A DNA stretch of 64,000 nt from Zygnema circumcarinatum SAG 698-1b. Its lineage: Eukaryota > Plantae > Zygnematophyceae. Position 1 is the stretch's first letter. Each line of letters starts with the position of its first letter. Below, piece after piece: positions 12,700 to 33,122 of the stretch. A program made the translations under genes and the position numbers. Below the pieces are notes generated by a model that did not search any database, had not been told where the DNA came from, and saw nothing but the letters and a program-made list of their open reading frames with translations. The stretch lies in NCBI GenBank assembly GCA_037447605.1, contig CM074820.1, forward strand, positions 2,170,001-2,234,000, given 5' to 3'.

Positions 12700-14438
12700 T
12701 AGAAAGAGAGAGAGATAGGTAGGGAGATGGGGAAGCTGGGATGGCGACCTTACATTAAGTGGCGGAGTTTTGCGCAGACCTGAAGCTGACCGACCTGGCG
12801 AGTGTGGAGAAGTACGAGGCCCGCGAGCGCGCGCTGCAACAGGTGCGCGCGAACCCGTGCGGGCTGTGCGCCAAGCGCGGGGAGCACCTCCGCCTCGTGC
12901 GGTACCGCCACAGCCTCAAGGGGGAGGTGGACAAGCTGCGGAACATCACCTCCGACGCCACGCTGCAGCAGATGCCTGATTTCAAACAAAGGGTGAGAGA
13001 GAATGGGGGAGGAGAGGGACGAGAGAGAGAGCGAGAGAGAGAGGGGATACGCTCTAGTACATGATCGTTAAGTGGATTCTCCATCTTTTTTTATCCCAAT
13101 TCCTACTCCCCTTCGCTCGCTCCATCCTCCCTCTCTTTTTTCCCATTTTCTTTCTCTCTCGTTTCCTCTCCCTCTCTTCCCGCCGCCCCTGTCTCTCCCT
13201 CCCTCGCCTTCTTTCCGCCTCCCCTGGCGTCGTTCTGTGTTTCTCCCCTTTCCTTCTCTCTCTCGCTAACCCTGTCCTCCCTCTCCCTCCCTCCCCTCCC
13301 CCTCCCCCTCCCCCTCCCCCTCCCCTCCCCTCCCCTCCCCCTCCCCCTCCCCCTCCCCCTCCCCCTCCCCCTCCCCCTCCCCCTCCCCCTCCCCCTCCCC
13401 CTCCCCTCCCCTCCCCCTCCCCCTCCCCCTCCCCCTCCCCCTCCCCTCCCCTCCCCCTCCCCCTCCCCCTCCCCCTCCCCCTCCCCTCTCCCTCTCCCTC
13501 TCCCAGGTGGCTGTTCTGGGCGCGCTGGGCCACCTGGACGAGTCCCTCGTGGTGCAGGTGAAGGGCCGCGCCGCCTGCGAGATGAACAGTGCGGAGGAGG
13601 TCCTCGCGGCGGAGGCGCTCTTCGAGGGCCTCTTCGCGCCCTTGGACGCGCGCGAGGCGGCGGCGCTGCTCTCCTGCCTCGTCTTCCGCCAAAAGGACGC
13701 CTCCGAACCGAACCTCACGCCTCGCCTCGCAGAGGCTTGGGAAAGGTGCTGCTGCCTCCCTTCCTTCGCTTTCGTTTTTGTTCTTCTTAAAGGAGTTTCT
13801 TTTCATGGAGGAGATCAATCGTCGATTGTTACTAAGGGTGAGAATGGACAAGTGAGGGATAAGGGATTGGATGATTGGGGAGAATTGAAAGGTGTTTCGT
13901 CCCGCTTTTTTTTTTTGGCAGATTGTATGAAACTGCGCTTCGGCTTGGAGCCCTCCAAGAGGAGTTTCAGCTGCCCGTCTCTTCCGAAGAGTACGCCAAA
14001 GCAACTTTGGATTGTGGACTGATGGAAGTTGTGTATGAGTGGGCCAAGGTGGGGGGCTCCATCCCTCTCTCCTTTTCTCTCCACTCCCACTTTTCCCCTC
14101 CCTCCCTGCCCCCTCTTCCCGGACCCCCTTTAAATTGGTAAGGATTCCCATGTTTGGCGGGGCAGGGAACCCCATTTGCGGACATTTGCCAGCTCACCAA
14201 CGTGCCGGAAGGGACCATAGTCCGCACCATCGTGCGGTTGGACGAGACATGTCGCGAGTTCAGAAACGCGGCACGCATTATTGGAGACTCCGCCCTCTTC
14301 AAGAAAATGGAGGAGGCTTCGAACGCCATAAAGCGGGACATCGTATTCGCGGCGAGCCTCTACGTCACCTCCTCCTCCTCCTCCTCGTCCTCCTCTTCCT
14401 CCTCCTCCTCCACCTCCACCTCCTCCTCCTCCTCGTAG
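8609..14438 (+). CDS. SKI2: SKI2 DExH-box RNA helicase, 5'-partial; exons 8609-8990, 9189-9344, 9688-9798, 9950-10003, 10218-10325, 10504-10659, 11040-11164, 11547-11700, 11934-12429, 12778-12992, 13507-13745, 13922-14048, 14166-14438
   Basis: [10 protein letters not shown]-rich insert, [120 protein letters not shown]. Motif I/DEVH half is absent (upstream gap). Confidence 0.93.
13271..13505 (+). repeat. (CCCCCT)n-type C-rich hexamer tract at 3' end of a SKI2 intron
   Basis: Directly visible; no A between 13271 and 13504. Confidence 0.95.
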
Positions 14439-14457
14439 AAGAAGCTCTGACAACGCG

Positions 14458-14690
14458 CAGGCAACTGAGTAGCATGGAAATGGGTTTTGGAGTACGGCGA
14501 GAGAGAGAGAGAGAGAGAGATAGAGAGCCGGCGGTGTAAATGATTTTTGTGTGGAGTCAAGGGGGGCAACTCTTTCGTTGTAATCAGAAGAGGTGGAATT
14601 TTTTTGTAGGCGATTTCTATGTACAGAACGGAAGTCATCCAATCAAAATGAGTGTTGGGGGACCTCCATTTTTGTCCATTATTTATATTT
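14458..14690 (+). repeat. Dispersed ~230-bp element, copy A (SKI2 3' UTR)
   Basis: Colinear similarity with the reverse complement of 52305-52524 (caggcaactgagtagcatggaaatgg, tgtaaatgattttg, tttctatgtacagaacggaag, catccaatcaaaatga). Confidence 0.85.
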
Positions 14691-15046
14691 GTGTGCGCGT
14701 TTCTCTTTGCTCGCATTGAACAAGAACGACAGTGAGTGAGTCGAAGGCATTGGCGCTGGGCCCGTGGATGGAAGGAAGGTAGGTGCACCTCTTTAGGAGC
14801 AAAGCAAAGCAAAGGACGGCCGACCGGAAACCACGAGATAGGGAGCAAGGGGGCCGCTTACGGAACTGTCGCCTGCGACGGCGGGCCGTTGGGCGGGGCT
14901 GGGTGCATGGAGCGGCCGTACGCCTGTGCGGAAACCGCGTTACAGTCAGCAGTCCTCATATTTTCCACCCTGTACAGTGCGTCCCCAAGAAATTCGCCCC
15001 GATTTTGCCGAAACCACCTTTTTGTACGGTAACTTTGTGTTATTCG

Positions 15047-15300
15047 TACGATTCGTACTAGCCGTACCAGACGTACTTTACTAGTCGTACTACCCGTACT
15101 ATCCGTACTTGCTGTACTAGCCGTTACGGGCTTAAGCAAAACTCACCGAATTTTCCCGCACGTGCCGCCGTAAGAGGCGCTCGCTCCTCTCCCCTTCTTC
15201 TTGGCTTCGAAACGACACGATACGATACGATATTTAACGATACAGTACGATACAGTACGTTGCGATACGATATGGTACGGTACTATACGTACGGTCCAAC
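15047..15300. repeat. GTAC / (ACGAT)n short-period array upstream of the orphan gene
   Basis: More than ten GTAC cores plus acgatacgatacgat runs. Confidence 0.8.
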
Positions 15301-15577
15301 ATGAACTCAACATAATACCGCCCGTCTGTTGGTAACACGAACCTTCTATTTGCAAAAATCAAGATTTTCGCCTCATATTTGCCAAAACCACCATTTGCCA
15401 TGCCAGGACTGCTTACTATACTGTATGTACTCAGACGCGGTTTCCTTCCAAGCGTACGGTGGAGGGCGCAGAGTCAATGTCGGTCCGCCACGTGTGTGCT
15501 CCCTCCGCCGTGGAGCGCTATCATTGGCACGTCGCGCCAAACCGGCGCCGGAGATAAGACTCTCTCCTTTTTTCCTT

Positions 15578-15629
<52 letters not shown>

Positions 15630-15642
15630 TCGACTTGTGGCC

Positions 15643-17666
15643 ATGGCGGCGGCAGCTCTCATTCTCTGCGTCCTTATCTTGGAGCTTTGCGGCAGCTCTG
15701 CAGATGTGGCGGTCTCCAGTGCTGTGCTGGCCGCCGCTCTCTGTCTGACGCTGTGCAGCTCGCGTCTCGATTCCGTGAAAGAAGGGAAAACTTTCAAGGA
15801 GTGGATGCAAGATAGCGCTTCAAAACTTGTGAAGAAGACGTTCAAGGGCCTGTTCTTTATATTCATGAATCTGACCGCAGTTTCTCTTTACCATGCGACC
15901 ATGGCGGCTTTCCTCGTATCTTTCTTCTTAGTCGGACTAAGTATGGCAGGATTTGGCGATGTCTCTCTCGCAATGCATATTACGACCATCCTTTGGTTTT
16001 ACTTTCTGTATTTCCGCACAACATGGGCTCTCCTCGCTGCGGCTCTTAGGGTTTTGGTTTCCGTACTTTCAGCTTGTCATGTGTTCGATCGACTCCTTTG
16101 CTTCGGAAAAGTACTCCTGAAGAAAACGGCGGCCTTGGTGATTCTGATTGCGAGGCTTTTTATAACCGCTTCTTTTCGGAAGACGATGATGCTGGTGTCA
16201 ACTTCCTTCGTGATCTTCGTAATATCGACGGCGTGGGCCTCTTTTATCGCCCCTTTTTTGGCATATGCGTGGGTGTTCACGATCCTCGTCTTTGCTCTGC
16301 GAATTTTATGGAGAGTATGCGCTGTCGCTGTTCGCCTTTACATGGGATTATTCGTCATCGCGCTTCGTTTTATTGGCTACGTTGGAAGTTCATTGACTGC
16401 ACTTGCAGTTTTTTTCGGAATATGCGTGAAGAAGTCTTCAAGCTGGCTTACCCGGCTCGTCCAAGCACTCGCCAAGGCGGAGCTGAACTCTGTGGCGAGG
16501 GTGGCTATCATCATCTGCTGTCTTGTAGTGCTCTTCGATTTGGGCCGCCTTGCAATAGTTTCTCCGTTGGTGCCCGGTCTTGCACTTGTATGCAGTGCAG
16601 TTACAGTTATGGGCGTTATTTGGGCATCAGTCATTCTCAAAGCGACTACTACTTTTTGTTCCCGGGTCATGCAAAGTTTACTTTCCATCGCGCTTTCCAT
16701 GTTGGAGGCCTCTATGTCGCCTCATGGAATAGTTGTTACAGCTGGCGTTTTTTTCTCAATAGACCTCAACAATGGGAGGCTAGAGCTTCCTGATAGTTTT
16801 GATGCATACTTTATCGCCACATCGCTCGTTTTTGGTCTGCCCTTACTTCATTATTTTAAGATTGCAAGCAAAGTAGAGGCATCAACTGCGATGCCTTCAA
16901 AGTCAAAAAAAGGCTATCGTTCAAGAAGCTCAACGGAAGGCTTCATTGAAAAGGCGTTCGGAAAAAAATGGAAAAGTGATTTAAAAAAGTCGGAGGTGAG
17001 CCATGCCTGACAGTTCATCTTATGTGTGCTGATACTTTTTTGCTTTCACTTATTTTGCCGTTTGCAGTTGCTCGAGCATAATTGTGTTGCTGTGCGGATG
17101 CAATCTTTTGGATTTTTTCTGACGATGCTTGAATTCTTGTTTTGCGGGAACAGGAGGTGCTGCGCAGGCGAGGTTTCAATGAGAAAGTTTCGGAGATAGA
17201 GGTGAGTCACGCACCTCTCCTTTCCTCATGTCAGCCGGCGCCTGTCCCTTTTCATCTCTTTGCGATATTCCTTGTAGCTATACAAGGCCTAAAGCATCTT
17301 TTGCCGAAAGTTTTTACATTGGAGTCCTGCTGATTTGCTTTGCCGGAATGTGCTAATAAAAAAACTGCAGAATTTGCGAAGGCCTTGGGCGAAGGGAGTA
17401 TGCAGCAAGCGTTGGCAAGCCACGAGGATCGCAGAGCTTGAAGTGAGTCGAACAAGCCCTTTTTTTTCCTCCCACCCCCCCCTGTCTCTCCACCCTGACT
17501 CTCCGTGGGCTTGTATGCTTAGAAATGTGACATTCACGAGGAGATTACTGTCAGTTTTGGTGTTCGGTTTCTCTAATTCCTTACCTTCTTGCAAGTACTC
17601 GTTTGCTCTGTTTTGCGGGCGCAGGCGGAAGTGCAGGACATTTTGGCAAGCGCATTTCTCAACTAA
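15643..17666 (+). CDS. Orphan multipass membrane protein; large exon 15643-16995 plus probable exons 17154-17201, 17371-17442, 17625-17666
   Basis: ~450 stop-free non-repetitive codons, strongly hydrophobic; ATG in gccATGGcg context; gag|gtgagc donor followed by three phase-0 GT-AG mini-exons ending ...DILASAFLN*. No family recognised. Confidence 0.65.
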
Positions 17667-18234
17667 GTGTCCCCAAGATGAGCGGCCGCTGAGAAAATTG
17701 AGGGCGATGAAGAACAGCTTCACTGTGCTCTCGGCTCAATGCCAGTTTTAGTTTTAGTTTTTTTGTTTTTTTGTTTTTTTTGTTTTTTTTTAGGTTTTAG
17801 TTTTTTGGCTTAGATGAATGTAGAGATACGTTTGTCGTTTTTTGTTGATGAGAATTGAGGTCTCTACCCCCTCGCCTCGTCAGACACACGAAGCAGGGAT
17901 CAGGTTTGAACGTGGAAAAAACAGTACAAAAAATTGAATAGAGGTGGTTTTTCAATACCAACTACTAGTTTAGGGTTTGGGTTTGAGGGTTTTGGAAATT
18001 CGAGAAACCATAAAATGGCACGAGTGCTTTGTGACTTCTTGCATCTTTACATTTCTGTGTGTCAGACTAATTAAAATAAGGAAAAGCGAGTTTCTATGGC
18101 ACCCTATATCATATGAGATTCTCTACAAAATAATTTCACACGACCAAACCACGTGCTGCACTCGGACGGACGGTCGGTCACATCCGTCGGTCTCGTTTTG
18201 TTGTCACTGAGCGCATGTCACCAAATAATGTTCA

Positions 18235-28799
<10,565 letters not shown>

Positions 28800-29234
28800 C
28801 CCTTGTCTCTTTCTTTTCACCAAACCCTAAAATATAAAACCAATTCGACAGAACACAAGCTCAACTGAATCACGATCATTTCAAAAATCTAAGGACCTCA
28901 TTTCCTCTCTCTCTCTCTCTCTCACCTCCCCTCCTACTGTCTCACCCTCCTTTCCCCTTTCTCTCCCTCTCTGTCTCACTCCCTGTTTCCCCCTCCCTCT
29001 CTTCTTTTATCTTTCCCTCCAGCTCTCAGCCTCCTCCCCTATCGCCCTCCCTCCTTCCTCTCGCTCCCCTCTCTCTCCTCCCCTCCCCCTCCGGCCCTCG
29101 CCCTCGCCCTCGCCCTCTCGCCCTCGCCCTCGCCCTCAGGCTGGCGCCAGCTGTTCCCTCCCTCCCTCCCGCCAACTTCACTTCGGGATTTCAAAACTTG
29201 AACGCGCCGCGCGCCCGCCACAAAACTCACTCGA

Positions 29235-29313
29235 CCATGCCATGCCATGCCATGCCGTGCCATGCCATGCCGTGCCATGCCGTGCCATGCCATGCCATGC
29301 CATGCCATGCCAT
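29235..29313. repeat. (CCATG)n pentamer array (~16 units) between the divergent RecQ4 and PLP3 starts
   Basis: ccatgccatgccatg... with occasional ccgtg units. Confidence 0.95.
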
Positions 29314-29536
29314 TCCCCCTGGCGCCCTCCCCTCCCCTCGCTCCCTGCCGAGGCAGCGCAGGCGCGAGGGAGGGAGGGAGATTGGAGGAGAGAGGAGGGA
29401 CAGCTGCCGCGACACGAGGCGCGCACCTCATTGCAGGGCAGGGGGTGTCCGTCTTGTAGGGTTCAGAATTCAGGGTTGAATTTCCTTCCCTTCCCTTCCC
29501 TCCCAGCTTCCCTGAACCCACCCTGTCGGCGGCGCC

Positions 29537-31994
29537 ATGGCGGGCGACCCGATGAACGCGGATGCCGTGCGGGACAAGATCTCGTCCATCACGCTTGGGA
29601 CGGTCATGGCGGCCGCCGCGCGCGACTACCAGAACGTGCGTCCTCCCCCGCCCTGCAGCCCGCAAAGGTTCACAGCACCACCTTGGGCATTGTACTGCCC
29701 TAAGAAAATGTACTACCCTACTTACTGCCCTAAAGATTTCCCACCTTAGAAATGTTGCACTGACCTAAAGTATTTAGCCCCCCTACCAACTCGATGGCGG
29801 CTCACTGCGTTGAAGACAGGGGATTGGGCAAAACTAAATAAGGAAGCTGCAAGGAAAGGAAAGTGACTACCGGCAACTGAAGAGCAGTTCCGGGGTTGAG
29901 ACCCCGTCCGTTCGGCCCTCTCTCTCTCTCCGCAGGAGCTTCTCGAGCAGGAGAAAAGCGCCGCAAAATCGCGCGTCACAGCGTGGGAGGAATTCGACCT
30001 CGACTCTCTTGCGGAGGTTAGGTCATTCTCCTTTTTTTTCACTTTTCTTGTTCTGAAATCTCTATATAAAAGTAGTTCATGTTGTCGTTCTGATGCTTTT
30101 TTTCTTTAATCCTTAGTTTCAATTATAATTCATATTCCCAATTTCAATTTTGAACCTTATGGGTTTCGTCGTGCAGGATCCTGAGCTTGAAAAGCTTCAC
30201 GCAAGACGAGTGTTGGAGATGCAGGTTAGCTCACTAAACGAAAACTCTAATCATCTGGAAAAAGGTAATGCATGTTTATGCCTCAATGTCAGAAGAAGAT
30301 TAAGATAATGCGTATCCCTTCTCCTCTTTCTCCCCCTTCTTCCCTTTTTTTGTTTGGGTTATGTTGGGCTGCATGTCATTGAAAGGGCTGTGCCTCGTTC
30401 AGTGTGTGTGCTATCTTGTAAACACATTGTTCCCTTTTGATGTTTCCTGCGGATTCAGAAAGAGGTGGAGAAAAGGCAACGGCTGCAGCAAAAGGGGCAT
30501 GGAGAGTATAGACAAGTGCGTCTTCTCACACAAAAAAAAACAAACAAAAGAATAGCCCTCCAGGTGTGCATCGTTAGGGACGTTTCTTTAATGTCCAAAA
30601 TCACTCAATCGAATGCATGCATGATGTACTGTGTCGTGCATATGGCTGTGTTGTGTTTGTTCCCAAACATGAACGATATTGTAGTTATGTCTGTGTGCTT
30701 ATCTTTGAAGCAGCTTAAAAATTAATGTAAGTCCTTTTAGAAGATCGCTACTGTACAAATATTTTAGTCAGAAAGGGCCGAATGAGACGGTGTGGGAAGT
30801 GATGTACTGCATTTTTTTGCTCAATTTTGTGCTGTTTCTATGTTGGAGGTAACAGATTACGGAGGAGGAATTTCTTGGAGAGGTCACTGGAAGTGATAGA
30901 GTTGTGGTTCACTTTTTTCATAAAGAGTTTCTGCGTTGCAAGTGAGGAAACCGTCTAAGCTACTCCCCTCTCTCTCTCTCTCTCTCTCTCTCCCCCTCTC
31001 TCTCTCTTTCTCTCTCTCTCTGTCTCTCCCTCCTCCACCCTCCCCATCCTAAACACGGATATAAACACACATCCTGAACACATCGATATCCTTTTAGCAG
31101 TTCGTAAATTTGTATTTCCAAGCATCGACAAATCGGTCTATGGCTAAAATATCTGAGCTCGTGCGATCACATGGATGCAGGATAATGGATAAGCATTTGG
31201 CGCTATTGGTCCCCAAATATTTTGATACCAAATTTGTTAAAATTGATGCTGAGGTATGCCCTATTTTTTCCTGTCCAATGTTCTTGTACAAGTTTTGACA
31301 TAATTATTGGCATTAGTGAATTACTAGTTTCTTAACTGCAATTGATTAAGTTTAAAACATTCGTTAAAACTTGAGTTTTCCTGTCGGAAAATCCCCTGTC
31401 CCCCTTTTCCCCTTTTTTTTTAGTTTGGCACGAGGTTGCAGCAATGCTTGCCACCGGAGTGTTTGGACATAATCGAGTAACGCTTGACTCGGACATGCCG
31501 CGCGTTCAGAACTGTCCATTTTTTGTGGCGAAATTGGCGATAAAAGTACTTCCCTGCGTGTTGCTGTTCAGGTACGGACGGTCTTTGCTTTCCAGTTGCT
31601 TGATGTTATTCCCGTTTTACCTTTCCCGTCGTTCATGAACTGTAATCTCTCCGTGAATGCTGACACCTCCTCATATTCATAATTTTGGGAGGTCATGAAA
31701 AGTGTGAGTTTGGATTGTCCTTTGACACCTTACATTCTTCTTTTATTCCATTTCCTTATTTTTTTTCTTACTATTTTTCTGTTTTTCTCTTGCATCGATA
31801 TGTAATTGTGCAGAAGTGGAAAGACTGTAGATAGAATTGTGGGATTTCAAGATCTCGGGAGCCAAGATGACTTTCAGACGAGTGCTTTGGAGGCGCGACT
31901 TCTAAAGAACGGTAAGGAGAGGACGTTTGAGAGCTCGCGTGCCATGGAGCATCCAATGTGCCATTTTCTTTAGGATTAAGAGACCTCTACGAAG

Positions 31995-32082
<88 letters not shown>

Positions 32083-32284
32083 GCTCTTTGCTCTCTCCCT
32101 CGCTCTCCTCTCCTCTCGTCTCCTCTCCCTCCCTCCCTCCCTCCCTCCCTCCCCCTCGTTTCCCTTCGGTTTTTGTGTGTCAGGAATCATCCTCCCCAAG
32201 AAACGAAACGATGACGACGAGAAGCCGCGAGCGTCGGCTGTGAGATCGTCGACGTGGGACACTTCGGGGTCGGACTCGGACTGA
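29537..32284 (+). CDS. PLP3: Phosducin-like protein 3 / thioredoxin domain-containing protein 9; exons 29537-29635, 29936-30016, 30177-30224, 30459-30515, 30856-30941, 31181-31253, 31510-31571, 31814-31911, 32184-32284
   Basis: AAAARDY, DPELEKLHARR, KGHGEYRQITEEEFLGEVTGSDRVVVHFFH, CKIMDKHL, KFVKIDAENCPFFVAKLAIKVLPC, IVGFQDLG, acidic C-tail. Confidence 0.92.
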
Positions 32285-33122
32285 CTTCAGGTCAACTTGA
32301 TCGCGCGTACGTCTCAGAAGTCGTACTGAGTTTGAAGGCGGGAGGGAATTGGGTTGTACTTCCTAAACTATAGCAATTTCTGAACACTCAGAAAAACATC
32401 AACAGCTGTAATGTCTCAATAAATACAAGTTTCTCCCTTTTGTTTTGCTCCCTTGTTTCTCTGCTTTCTTTTGTTTTTGTTCCGAAACAACGAGTCCTTC
32501 GCCTTTTACGCCTTGAAAAGTGCAAAAAACTTCAGAAGACTCTCCTTAACTCTCAATCTTTGAACTAAAAACTAAAAAATAGATACATACATTTATTTAA
32601 AACTAAAATCTCGCATATCATATTTCCATTTCAAAGCGAAAATAACGTTTGCTTGTCATTACTTAGGAACAAAGTAGTAAGAACTTAGTCGGCCGATATT
32701 TTGTTGTCAAAAAAATTGAACATAGAAATACAGAGTGTTTTCAGAGCATAGGAGTCTGAAGGTTTATGAGGTCCTAATACTTACTTTCACGAGCGAAGCC
32801 AACATCAGGGAGGTCGTTCCTTCCCTCAGATACACCTAAAAATCTTCTTAAGCGATTTACCGAATCTGCTAAAAACTAAGCCTTCTTTCTCTAAACAGAG
32901 AGAGGGAGAGGCGCAAGTGGGGGGAGAGAGAGAGGCGAGAGGGAGTATAGAAAGAGAGGGCAAGGGATATTCGTAACTATGACATATTTCATGAAAAAAA
33001 CGCCCTCGCATACTTTCAAAAAATCCAAATTAGTTGCGTCGTCGTTCCACGTAAATCCGTCTAAAAGAGATTCAAACCTCCGGTTGCATTCCTAAACCCT
33101 TCAAGTCTGACTCCGAAACTCG

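Noticed and set aside
15379-15642. N-terminal extension of the orphan ORF from the ORF track
   Set aside because: Runs through a (CT)n typical of 5' leaders; ATG 15643 has the better context.
29235-29313. CRISPR-like or spacer-bearing arrays
   Set aside because: All tandem repeats in the window are simple microsatellites without unique spacers, and no cas genes are present.
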